Of a stretch of DNA of 64,000 bases, positions 22,846 to 35,092 are shown piece by piece. Each line of letters starts with the position of its first letter. Within the stretch, counting starts at the first letter, position 1. A program made the position numbers and the translations under genes. Origin of the DNA: Podarcis erhardii (lineage: Eukaryota); NCBI GenBank assembly GCA_964252035.1, contig OZ176201.1, one strand, 5' to 3'. The notes below the pieces were generated by a model. The model saw nothing but the letters and a program-made list of their open reading frames with translations. It was not told where the DNA came from and ran no database searches.

Positions 22846-25717
22846 GTTTGCAATTTTACACACACACAAACACACATAGATTGTCTATCATCTTTGTGAC
22901 CCTTTTTTCGGTATTGCCCTCTTTCACAATAATGAGTTTTGGCCTGAATGTGTTTCAATGTTCTCTAGAGTAGCTGCACAGCTTTCCCAGGTTGCTCACC
23001 ATTTATTTTCAGCTGCTTCACAGTTCAGAAGTGCTTCAGTGAAGCATTTTCATTCATCCATTCCAGAATGCCTTGCATCAGCTTCCTCCTCTACTGGTGG
23101 CCCCTGACACCTTTTCCAGCACCTGTTCTGTGAAGCCTCTTGCAGATGACAAGCTCAGTCTGTTTCAGCAGCCCGTGCAATCTAGCTGGCCCTCTACATT
23201 CCCATGGCCCTCAGAGGACTAAGGCAACCACATTTAATTTTATCTACTAGAGAGCATTTATTGCTCTCAGAGAGATGCAAGTTGAGGGTTGGCAGCACAA
23301 TGTGTGAGCATCTGTGGGGGTTCCCCCCCTCGTGCCCATTCAAAGTCTATTAGTTCCAAACCTTCAAACCTAGTTTCAGGTCAGCCCTCTTAAAGTATTC
23401 AAGCTTTTTAGCTGGCAAAATAAGTTGGAGGTTTGGGAGCTGGCCAGGATGTTTTGATAAACCTTCCTTTCTATATATTTTTTAAAAGTATTTTGGAAAT
23501 CTTCATTTCCAAAACAACAGGAAGGATTCTGTTCAAAACTTCACTTTTCTTGGAAATTTCTGTACCAAATGTGACTGTTAGAAAAAGCTGGGAGAATGTG
23601 AAAGCAGCCCAGGCTAGACAGCTTGAACATAAATGATGGTGGCCACTTTTCAGAATTAAGTGGTTTTAATAGATAGCTTTTGAGGTTCAAGATTTTTTTC
23701 TTCCCAAACCTCCAAATTTTTAAGGAGAGTGATGAACAGCAGTGAATTTGATCATGTATCCAGTGCTCTAGAATCACCAGTGTTTGCACAGAAAGCTCTG
23801 TAGTTTTCAGCACTATTCAGTTTTGTCAGTTCTCCTGGTTGCTAGATAGGTAAGTCCTGGTATATAGAATTATCAGAGGTTTAATATGATTTACAGGGAA
23901 GTGATAGTAGGTATGAGTTGGGCAGGTTAAGGGGTAGTAGTAACCTGTGCAAATGAGACCTGAATAAAGACCACCTTACCTCCATATCTGAGTGCGGTGG
24001 GAGTATATCAGCAGGGTGTTTAATTAGATTAATGAATCTGTTTCAACAACAAATGGCTGGACCTGTGTGCCTTAGTGCTGCAGAGCCCAAACAGTGTGAA
24101 GTTAGTGGCCACACAGTCCTTGAGCAGAGTTAATGGCAGGTTTTCTAGCTCATGTTTCATTTGAGTACAAGGGTGGGCGGTTGGTGTTTTCTGGTCCCAG
24201 TAGGTTCTCCTACTGTGTGTGATCAACATACAGAAAGGAGCGGAATGACCAACAAAAAATATCCTAGCCCTCCGATGCAAAGTACAGTAATCTGCTCATG
24301 GATGTACTTGTAAAGGACTCCTGCCTGCAAGCAGATCTATTCCTAAGCACCCCAGTCTTCCCTTTTCAAGTAGTGGGCTGGAATGTTTACCCTCCAGTAG
24401 AGTTACTCATGAATAAGAACCCTGCATAGTTGTGAGTAAACACAGCCTGTGAAAACACTGACAAACCTGTGTGTGGACATAGCCGAAGTACTGAAAATTG
24501 CAGTGCTTTAACTACAAATGCCCATGTTGTCTAGAGTATTAGGACTGCACCCAAATTCTCCTTAAAAGGTGAGTAATCCCCACTCAGGATGACTGCACCG
24601 GCTGATCCTAGGGTGTTCCCTAGGAAAACATCCGATGCACATACAATGCAGCCTAGCATCTTGCAGTAGAGCTTAGAAATGAACGTGTGCACTGTTAAGG
24701 TGCATCAAAACAGGAGCAAACAAGCAACTTATTCCTTATTCTCTTCCTTTTTTTGAGGTGGGGGAGATTGCAATCACATTGCTATAACTTCCTGGGTTGC
24801 CTCTCCCTTTTCCTAGTTTAGATTGGCTGATTCTAGATGACATTTTGCTCCCTATCACCAGTATAAACATGCATTCATCCGTTCGTTCTTTCCCCCTTTT
24901 TGCCTTGAGTCAGTGTATGCTCCATGCTGTAATGGCTTCTGCTTGGATAGCCTTTCTCTGCCACCGGAGATCTGAAAGCTTGGCAGAGGCTGAAGGGGGC
25001 TTTCTTTTCTGGAGAGAAATGGGTGCGGAAGCTGCTCCAGCTTTCATGTCCCTGGCAACTCTGTTATTGTTGGATGCCCTTTTTATAGGCTGCTGGTCCT
25101 AATCGGGCTGTTTTGCCTAAGCCCCTGTGTTCTTGGGAAGGAGGGGTGTGTGTGTGTGTTATTGGACCTGTCTCGGCACTAGCGTGAGGGGCAATGCTGA
25201 GGTGGGGAACCCTGCTGTTTGCCTTCTCCAGCATTATTTGCTGAGCGGCAAACTCATGGGCACAGGAGTGGATATGTATTGTGCAGACTCCTGCTTTTGA
25301 GTCTGCATGTGACTAATGTGGGAACTGGAACAGAGACTTCTCTTATTTTTGTAAAAAAATAAACTGTGTTGGTTTTGTGTACACATGGAGATGGAAGTGA
25401 AACGCACAGAAACACCAACCTTGTTCAGTGGGATGCTCTTAATAGTTTCCGTATTTAATATAGACAAAACCACTCTATAATATTTGAAATAGTCTTCTAA
25501 GAGGCTTGTAAATTAATTTAACATGGATTAACTGACAAAAAGGAGCTAATTAGATTTATGGAAACGCCAGACAAAGGCCTGCTGGAACAAGTGGGTTATA
25601 GCTAGTGTGATGAATCTTCAGAAAATGTCTGTCCTGGGCTTGAATCATCAGATCTCTGTTCTCTTGAGGTCTCTGCACTTTCATGCTGTGTTGTCAGGAC
25701 ATCAAAAGAGGCTAGAC

Positions 25718-25829
25718 CAGGAGTGGGGAACCTCTGGCCCTCGCAACTCCCATCAGCACAAACCAGCATGGTCAAAGAATATGGGAGTTGAAATTCAATA
25801 ACAAGGGGCTGTAGGTGCCAACATCCTTG
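25718..25829. mobile_element. hAT-type MITE with a 7/8 TSD
   Basis: Begins CAGGAGTGGGGAACC; flanks GGCTAGAC (25710-25717) and GACTAGAC (25830-25837). Confidence 0.7.
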
Positions 25830-28691
25830 GACTAGACTCTAGAGCATCCAGCCTTAACTTACAGTGGAGAGATGAAGGACTGTCTCAGTTGATATTACAG
25901 TGCAGAAACCCAGGCCAGGTATTGGGCTCGGGAGACCCATACATACACGGTCACTGTCGTTTCAATAACAGAATATATTGTTTGGAGGCTGGTCCTGAGA
26001 ATCCTAGCTTTTGCTGCAGAACCTCATGGTTGTTTGTAGTGGAGAAAAACTAAACTACAGAAAAGCAGGGAAGGTCTGGAAAGGATTCCAGTGGCTGATG
26101 TGGCAGGTATGAGAGTGAAGCATCCTCATTTTTCCCAAGTTGGAGAAGGCTACTTTAAATGCCATTTAATGGTGTGTGGTTCAGTGTAGCCTGGATTTGC
26201 CATTGTTCCATGAACTCGTTTCTATCTCATGCGGTCGCACTAAAGTCTTGCCAGCAAAAGTAGCAACCTTGCAAAAGGGTGCTGAGAAGCTTTGGTTGCA
26301 TTTATCTGAACAAAGGAGATTCATCTTAATTCCCAGGGATGACTTCTGAAAGTTATTACATGATGTTTCTTTCATGCTGAGGACAGAGAGATCAGAAAGT
26401 GAGTGGCCCAGCCAGGACATCTACATCATTCTTTCAGACTCTTTGAAACTGATAAGGCCTGTGGTTCCAGCTATGAACCACTCCATAGCTATTTGTGACC
26501 TCCTGAGAGAACTCAAAATGCTTAATGTTAACAGCACCTTCTTACTATTTTTGTGAGAGAACATCCAAAGGGAGCAATCCCAATTGCATCCAAAGTGGCA
26601 AGTAGGGGAATAACTACATCGGGACGTTTTCATAGCATCTCCTCTCTCTGAATTCGGTCCAGTTGGCACCAGTTTTGGTGCATAGCCCACTCGCCTTGTA
26701 TGAATTCCTAGGAGAAGGAAAGTCTTATGTTCTCTTTCTGCCAAATTCAGCAAGGAAGTTGCTGGGGAGGTGGGGGATGAGACAAGTCAAGTGGGAAGGA
26801 GAGTGTGCGAGGGAGTGGGTAGCAGAGATGGGATGTAAGAAACCTGCAGTGGTACAGAAACGAGGGTGCTATGGAGTAGGTCTCTGAGATTTCAAACTGT
26901 CTTTCTCTGCCCTACCTGGAGATACCGGGGATTGAAACTGGAACTTTTCACATGGAAAGTATGTGCTGTTCCCTTTCCCATACTGGTTAGCAGTGGCTTC
27001 ACATAGACCTAAAGCGGGAGAGAAAGCGAGCTGTAAGATGGAGAGGGATGCAAGGAGATTTCTGGAGGGGGAAAACAGAAAAAGGAAATAGCAGATAAGA
27101 GTACGGACCAGTGGCACTTCAGACAGAGAGAAGGAGGCCTAACAGGAATGCAGAGAGCCAGGAACATGCTGTGGGCCACGCAGAGAAAAGAGGCATTAAC
27201 AAGACATTGTTTTTAAAAAGAGAACACTGAGCAATAAAATAAAATAAATTGGAATAAAATTTTGTTCCTTTGCAAGCCTAACAGAGTAGCCCTGCTAAGT
27301 TAATACAACTATAAAAGTGTCTCTTAGTATTTGAGTTGAAACGGACCGATCAATAATACATGCTTTCAGCTTTGCAATCAGCAGTCATTGAGTAAGAACA
27401 GTCACTTACTTTTTTCCTAGCCAAGATTTTGCTACCTTTCCAATTATCCTGATGTGTTCTGTCCTCAAAGCTTGTGTATTAAGTTGCTATAATAAGTCTT
27501 AACATTTTGTCTGCTTTTTTCTGTTCAAACCTTTGGGACCAAAACAGCCATTGCTATCTAACAAGCTTTCTTGTCTGAAGATGCATCAGGCTATTCCAGG
27601 AATCCCATTATTTGAAACACAGGCAGTGATAAGGGTCACCGGACCCTGAGTCCTTTCTGATTTCTGATACCTTTTGTTTCTAGAAAGTCTTGGGGTGTTG
27701 AGTTCCTCTTCTACCCCCACCCCGGGAAGGCCTTGCTCGCTGTGATGGGCTGAAAGAATATAGATACCTTAGATGGTTACCCTAGCAGGGGCCTCTGTGA
27801 ACAAGTGCTGGAATTACAAGGCTATGACTGATGCTTATTTTCCTTACAAGGTTGAAAAGGCATCTAGAGCTACTATTGTTAAACCCGATAGCCACCAGAA
27901 AGGGGAAGAGACTTCAACTGTGGGATCAAAGCCAGGAAAACAAATGTTGTCAACTTGTCTGCTTTAAGAGAAAAGGGGTTGCATCTGAAGAGAGCGTCCT
28001 GCAATGTGTGCCTATTTACTGGAGGGCGAATGTGCAGACTGGCAGCAACATGGAGTTTTTGGAACCCATAAAGACTTCAAGGCATTGCTTTGATATTTTG
28101 TTATTGCTGTTTGTGCTGGCTGCATTATCCCCATGTCCCATGAATTATTTTAAAGTGTTCTCGAGGGCAGAACTGATCAACTGCAGGCTTCTCTGCCGAG
28201 TACTCCAGCCAAGGGGTCCCTGAAGCTCCAGCTGTGTGTGTGTTTTTTCTTAGCTAGTTGGACTTTCCCCCTCCCCACTCTACCCCAAGGAACACACACT
28301 GGCATGACTCAGTCCTGGGGCTTAGGAAAGGCCAGTTCACAGATCTCTGCTTGTGCTGGGAAGCAGTGAAGAGAGGTAAGCATCCCAGAGTCTGGGAAAG
28401 GCAGAAGACAACTGTGGTCCCATCTTCAAAGGAGCTGAAGAGGCCCCACATGCTTCCATCTAAATATTTATTCCCCCCTCCAATGTATCTTAACATTTCT
28501 CCAAGTGTTGAATCAAGCTATTCTTGGCTTTGTCAACAAGAGGAAAAATACAAACGAGCCGAGGATCTTTTCTCATTGCTGTTCTACTTTCATATTCTTT
28601 GGTGCGGTTTTGGGTGCGCTCACATCTTTGAGTCAGTGAATCTGATGCTGGCAAAGCCTATGCAGGTTGAGAATCTTCCAGTAGACTTAGA

Positions 28692-28824
28692 TACAGGTAG
28701 GTAGCCGTGTTGGTCTGCCGTAGTCGAAACAAAATAAAAAAATTCCTTCCAGTAGCACCTTAGAGACCAACTAAGTTTGTTATTGGTATGAGCTTTTGTG
28801 TGCATTCACACTTCTTCAGATACA
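28692..28824. mobile_element. Short Penelope-associated terminal repeat-like element
   Basis: GTAGCCGTGTTGGTCTG...GCACCTTAGAGACCAAC...GAGCTTT...CACTTCTTCAGATAC. A related reversed, older copy lies at 11866-11979. Family assignment from recall only. Confidence 0.45.
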
Positions 28825-29534
28825 CACAAACTTGTTACACAGGGACAAACTTGGCAATTGAGTTTCCAGACGCACAAGGTACCTTTTGAAGACTGAACCT
28901 TCATTTCTGTGCTTCAGATGGAATGGGACACCATGGTTTCCCATTGTGTCTGGACAAAGCCTGTGTAACCAAAGAGAGAGCAAAAACAGCAAGTACAGTG
29001 AATATTGCACCTTTGTAGTTTGTATGTCAAGTCTTAGTCTGTTTACTGTCCCTCTGTGTTGCTCTTAGCATAGAATATATGCAACTAAACATGTTAGTTT
29101 CTGGTATGATTGTCTGTCCTGGGTGGTCCCATGTGCCCAAACAGACCAGATATGTTCAGTACTAGTACTCCATGGTCAGAACTTGCTGTACTTTGGCTTG
29201 GGAGTATCTTAAGTAGACTGTCTCCACTTACTTTACCCTTGTGTAAAAGTTCCCCTTTCAGACCATATCTCATAAAAGGTAAAAGACTTAAGCCTCTGTT
29301 TTCCAGCTGCCTCACGCTCACTCTCTGTTTGATCATGGTCTCCTCTGCTTTGGAAAGCTTTTTTCTTGGGTATTAAATGAGACAAGGCCATTTAGGCAAC
29401 GTCTCTTTGACTGTGGTGGTTCTCATGTTTGTTTCCTTTCCGGAGATGCTCTTTGCTGCTTGTCAGGGAAGCTTTTGATCTGCTTGCTTCCCCATTGAAT
29501 TTTCCAAGTGCTGATTTCTGTGTATCTTGAAGGA

Positions 29535-29535
<1 letters not shown>

Positions 29536-29574
<39 letters not shown>
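29536..29574. repeat. (TG)n microsatellite, about 19 units
   Basis: Directly visible. Confidence 0.97.
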
Positions 29575-29575
<1 letters not shown>

Positions 29576-31115
29576 GGGGGGATGGTGTTGTGAGGTATTT
29601 CATGCTGGTAGCTTGGATTTCTGCATTCATGCGCATGTCCCCTTTGAAGCCCTCATTTATTTATTAATCTTTAAACATCAAACTAACAGTGGACCTGTGG
29701 CACTCTAATCATTTCAGCTCATGTAACGGAAAGAATGCTTCCTCTTTTGGCAGCTGCAAGTCCCTGTCCCCTGTCTCCAACTCCCCACCCGCCTCCAAAC
29801 AAAAAGGGGGGGAAAGAAAAGAAGAAGACAACAGCCTCTTCCTGATCTCAAGGTCTCTGAACGAACTTGGCAAACTAAGTAGCAGTGTGGTGAATTGCAT
29901 CCTTTTGCAGCAGCCTTTTGTTGTAGGAGTGTGTGTGTGTCCCTCAGTTGTTAGGGAGGAGGATTTATAAAAGAAAGGCTGTTGAAATATTGGAGGGGGT
30001 GTGTGGGTGTGTGCAGCCTTTCCACTATAATGTATATACTGTAATGTAAAGATCCAGGGAGAAATATGTTGCTTCAAGTAATTGCGTCTGTTTAGCACGC
30101 TGACAAAGATCATTGTGACCAATGTGCTTATAGGACCGTGTTCAAGGCTTCTCCAGCATGTCATGGGCTCCCCAGTTGCCTCCCACACTCCCAGCTGCAC
30201 TTTTTCAGTGGCTTCTCATTTGAATCTATGACTTCATTTGAATCTATGACTTCAGGGCGACTTCAGGTGCCTGTTTCGGTTGTTGCTCACCTGATACTCA
30301 CCTCACTCCAATTCATCTAGCATTAGGGTCTATGTAGCAAAGTTTGGACCGCTCAGAACACGCTAAAAGTGCCAAATGATTGGTCTTATTTTTATCCCTG
30401 CTTAATATAGGCAGTAAGGCTCTTGAAATAGGGGCAGAGAGTAACAGCCTTTCTAAATTAGAATGGTGGGGGAGAATAATGTGATATGTACTCCAGGACT
30501 GGTGAGGAAACTTCCAATGCCTTAAAACTTTGAACACTATTTTATTTCCCTTTAAAAAGAAGGCAGCTCTTAAAATTATTGTGTTGAAGGCCTCTTTCTT
30601 TTGTGACTGAGAAGTGAGAAGGCTCAGACTGCTGCTACCATCAAACGAGAGGGTGTTTCTGAGCTGTGAGATTCTACTTTGCACATGCAGTCCTGATTGA
30701 TTTATATTAACTCTAGAAATACTTTTCTAGTTTCTAGGGTAGCTTGGGTTTTGCCAGTTTTTTTACCCACAAGTTTCTTTTTTTAGACTTGTGATGCCAT
30801 AAAGAAACAAGACTCTCATCTTTTGATTTCATAGCTTATGAGTGTTTCTCTCTCTGGGGCGGGATTCAGCATAACACTAAGGCAATTTGGCTTGCTAGAT
30901 GAATCTGTCCCCCATTTCTTCTGCCTGCATTCTGTTTGGAGTTCTTTTGAGTAGTTATGCATAGAATTACACCGTCAACAGCAGTTTCTCAAACTTTGAT
31001 ATCTGGTGAACAGTTCTCCTGCAGCCCCTTCACCCCACATTAAAATAGGAGGCATTGTACTAAAGCATTTTGCAGAGCACTGTAGGAGCACCTTTCCTTG
31101 CAAGATAGCCCAGAC

Positions 31116-31251
31116 CAGGCATGGCCAAACTTGGCCCTCCAGCTGTTTTGGGACTACAATTCCCATCATCACTGACCACTGGTCCTGTTAGCTAGGGATG
31201 ATGGGAGTTGTAGTCCCAAAACAGCTGGAGGGACAAGTTTGGCCATGCCTG
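31116..31251. mobile_element. hAT-type MITE, near-perfect palindrome with an exact 8-bp TSD
   Basis: Termini CAGGCATGGCCAAACTT / AAGTTTGGCCATGCCTG; GCCCAGAC at both 31108-31115 and 31252-31259. Confidence 0.9.
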
Positions 31252-31395
31252 GCCCAGACAATATTGCTTCCCATTATCCCTCCTCTTAGCCTTGTGTCAG
31301 TCAGGGCCTAGGATTCAGACCATGCTTTCTGGACAGTGGTGAGCTTTCTGGGATTGCCCTGCATCTGTCAGTTCATAAAGCAGGGAGGGGGGGAG

Positions 31396-31397
<2 letters not shown>

Positions 31398-31445
<48 letters not shown>
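31398..31445. repeat. (GCT)16 / CTG.CAG trinucleotide repeat
   Basis: Directly visible and uninterrupted. Confidence 0.97.
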
Positions 31446-31446
<1 letters not shown>

Positions 31447-31629
31447 GGGCCTCCCCACTCCAAGAGGCGCCAGAGTGTGGTGAATGTGTGCAACACGGTA
31501 GCTAACCTTTTCAAGGCACTCTTGAGCTCTCTTGCAGCACACTCTACTTTAACAGCAATTGGTGAAGACCTCTTGAGCTCTTCATAAGAGGAGAAAATGT
31601 GTATTGGCATTTTTAACTTTAAAAAAAGT

Positions 31630-31997
31630 TAAAGGACCCCTGGACGGTTAAGTCCAGTCAAAGGCGACTATGGGGTTGCGGCGCTCATCTCACTTTCAGG
31701 CCAAGGGAGCCAGCGTTTGTCCACAGACAGCTTTCCAGGTCATGTGGCCAGCATGACTAAACCGCTTCTGGTGCAATGGAACACCATGACGGAAACCAGA
31801 GAGCACGGAAACACCGTTTACCTTCCTGCCGCAGCAGTCCTTATTTATCTACTTACACTGGCATGTTTTCAAACTGCTAGGTTGGCAGGAGCTGGGACAG
31901 AGCGACGGGAGCTTACCCTGTCACAGGGATTCGAACCACTGACCTTCTGATCGGCAAGCCCAAGAGGCTCAGTGGTTTAGACCACAGCACCACCCGC
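31630..31997 (-). mobile_element. Sauria SINE, full length, different subfamily (extra internal segment)
   Basis: The reverse complement aligns by eye with the copies at 1505, 38797 and 57238. Confidence 0.92.
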
Positions 31998-33582
31998 TTT
32001 ACGTGTACCTTGAGCTAGTTTAAATGAACTGTCTAGTCACCTAAATCCTGTATTTTATACAGAGATGTCTGTGTTAACGTTTTAACATGCTGACTAATTC
32101 TATGTCCTGTTTGTAAGCTTTCTGAAACATCTGGCTAGCTGTTGTTGGATAGAGAAGTAGATGGACCCCCAGTCTGATCTTGCAAGGCACTTCCTAAGTT
32201 CTTTTGTTGTTAATGTGTTGCTACCTCCAGGCTAAAGCTGAGATGCTGTGATAGCACAGATCTGTCACAGTCTCCCCTTTTAACCAAGACTATCAATATC
32301 AGCTTTTAAGAGCATTCAATTTTGCATCTTTTCACGTGTGCCTCTATACTTTACCAACTTAATTTGGTAAGCTGCTTTCATTTGTGTAAGAAGACAGAGA
32401 CGAATGCTGTGGAAGGACCCTGCAATATTCCATTAAATTGCAAATAGTCGTATATGTTTATATAAAGCTTGGCAGGTTCTTCTGGGAAAGAATGGTACAA
32501 ATGAGGTTGGACTGCACTCTACTGGACTACCCTTGGCTCGAGTGTCAAATAACACAAGTTCCTGTATTAGGCACCATCTGTTCTTTCTAAAATCTAGCTT
32601 TTGGAAGGCCTGATGCTACTCGCCCTCTAACTTGGGTTTTGATTTTGGAGTCTTCTACTCTTTCATGTGTTCCAGAGGCCGTTAATCGAAAATATAACCA
32701 AAATGAGAATGTGATCTTCAGAAGATCTGGAGAATTCCTGATCCTAATGTGTTATCCCGGAAAAGAGGCAGGAGCAGGGCCAATCATTCCAAAGCCAAAG
32801 GTATCCATAGCCCAGAGGCAGCACTGAGTGACTCATTCCTTGGAAGCAGTTGCTGCCAGCAGCAAAATCGGAAATGGCCTCTAGTCTTCTGTTTTCATTT
32901 AATATTCTGTCCCATGGCAGAAAAATGAAAATGGCATGGAGATGCCATCAGATGGTGTTATCCCATAGCAGTGAAGTGATAGGAATGTGCAAGAGTTCAG
33001 TGGCAAGGTGGATTTAGAGAAGGAAAGCAGAGGTGGAATGAAGTTGTTTTCTCTGTAAATCTTTTTAACGTGTTCAAAAGCTACCCTGAAAGTCCATGAT
33101 GATCATTTTGCTGATTTTTGTGCACTGCAGGCGAAAGGATTTAATTAGTCCTATTGAGAGAATATACTTTTCCTTTCCTTCACCCATGGAACGTGTTGTG
33201 TCTTTGGGATTCCCGTGTAATTTATACAACAGACAGAGGGAAGCAGACAAATGACACACAAATGAGCCTTAAAAGTAAAGGAGGGAGCTCCCCTTTGAGG
33301 GGAGGTTTTTATTGGCCAAACTCTAGGAAGGGAAAAAGGTGGGCAAGGGATGCAGAGCTGGGAGGGGGAGAGGAAAAAAACGAGTCTGGAGGAGGTGGCT
33401 GAATGTTGTGTGCTTACGAGCTGCTGTCCCATTCCTTTAAGTCTCTTCCAATTAAAAGAGCTTTGGACTGATGTCTTGCCAGTGGTGGGAATTGGTTGGG
33501 AGAGGAGGAGCTCAGAAGTTAAAGCGGGACTTATTTGTCAACCTCTGAGTAAAAATAGGGTAGCGGCTCTTATCGGGGCATG

Positions 33583-33583
<1 letters not shown>

Positions 33584-33620
<37 letters not shown>
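33584..33620. repeat. (TG)n microsatellite, about 18 units
   Basis: Directly visible. Confidence 0.97.
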
Positions 33621-33621
<1 letters not shown>

Positions 33622-34720
33622 GCAGCATTTGTGCCTCGTGTGTCTCTCATTCTTGAACTGTGTTCCTCTGCGCTCTGTCTATCCCTTCTTTCTTTGTGCC
33701 TCACTCACAGGCCCTGCCATGAATTTTCTCTGACCCCTTGGGGCCATTCCCACATGAAGCTTTGATGTGTGTGCCCAGAGCTTGATTGACAAGGAAGTTT
33801 TAGTGGCAGCAACTGGAGAATCGAAGAGAAAAGGGCAGGGCTTTGAACTAAAGGGCTTTGAGCTCCGAGATGCTGTGCTTAGTTATCTCCTTCAGAATGT
33901 TAATTATTCATCATGATAATTGGGCAGGAGAGGGGAAAAAGAGAGGGGAGGTTATTAAAAAATTCCAACACTAACACGCTACAAAAACCTCATTTTCCAA
34001 CGTTGTGACTGGCGTGAAAAGGATAGTGTGTATGTGAAGAGGTTTGGGGAGGGGGGCCTTCTTTTTTCTTTTTCTTTTTTTAATCCATTCCCTAAATAGT
34101 AGGATCCCTTCAGATGAAGGCAGCGGGGACATCAAAGCTTTTGTAAGAGTTTTCTTGGGGGTTTCTTAACTGTGTCTGGTACTTTTTAATTAAAAAGTTT
34201 ACGGAGAGCCGTCTTTGTAACTGGCTTCTGGTGGAGCTGGCAACCCTGGGTCCCGCTGCTTGAGAAAGAAAATGTTTTTAAGGGGCCTAATAAATATTGT
34301 TTCCTACTGCTAGGATGTCAGGTTGGCACTGTGAAAGACCTTGTCGCTAGAAAGGAGGTGAACCCTGGTGCTGAGGAGGGCAGGGAGTGCGGGCTTTTCC
34401 TGGGAGCTAGACGTTGTCGGCCACTTTGAGTGCCCATGCCCACATCCGCCCCTCAGGTGCTCAGTCCAAGTCTATGGCGAATGGGTCAGGAAGAGACATT
34501 CTGCGGTCACTGTTATGCAGGCGCATTAGTATATCCTGACATTGTTTCACATCAGTTGCTTCAAATAATGGAAGCAACGAGGTTTCTGTGGCAAGTGAAT
34601 ATACACCATCCTGTCCTCTTTCGTTCCAATACATAGCTTTTGGACCCAAATCAGAGGTTCTCCATCAAGAACACTGATAATGGAATGATGTGTTTGGTGG
34701 GAAGCATAAGATTTCCAGAC

Positions 34721-35092
34721 TTTATAATTATAATTATATATAATAATTATAATTTATTATTTATACCCCGTCCATCTGGCTGGGCCTCCCCAGCCACTCT
34801 GGGCAGCTTCCATAGAAACCAAAAATACAGTAAAATATTACACGTTAAAAACTTCCCTGAACAGGGCTGCCTTAAGATGTCTTCTGAATGTCAGGTAGTT
34901 GTTTATCGCTTTGACATCTGCTGGAAGGGCGTTCCACAGGGCGGGCGCCACTACCGAGAAGGCCCTCTGCCTGGTTCCCTTTAGCTTTGCTTCTCGCAAT
35001 GAGGGAAGCACCAGAAGGCCCTCGACGCTGGACCTCAGCGTCCGGGCAGAATGATGGGGTTGGAGACGCTCCTTCAGGTATACTGGACCGAG
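34721..35092 (-). mobile_element. L2-type LINE 3' fragment
   Basis: The - strand encodes LGPVYLKERL...RTLRSS...RAFSVVAPALWNALP...FRRHLKAALFREVF* (L2 ORF2 C-terminus), followed by an AT-rich microsatellite tail at 34721-34763. Confidence 0.85.

Noticed and set aside
31315-31610. PolyQ, polyL and polyS ORFs
   Set aside because: They are translations of the (CTG)16 microsatellite, with no splice or codon support.
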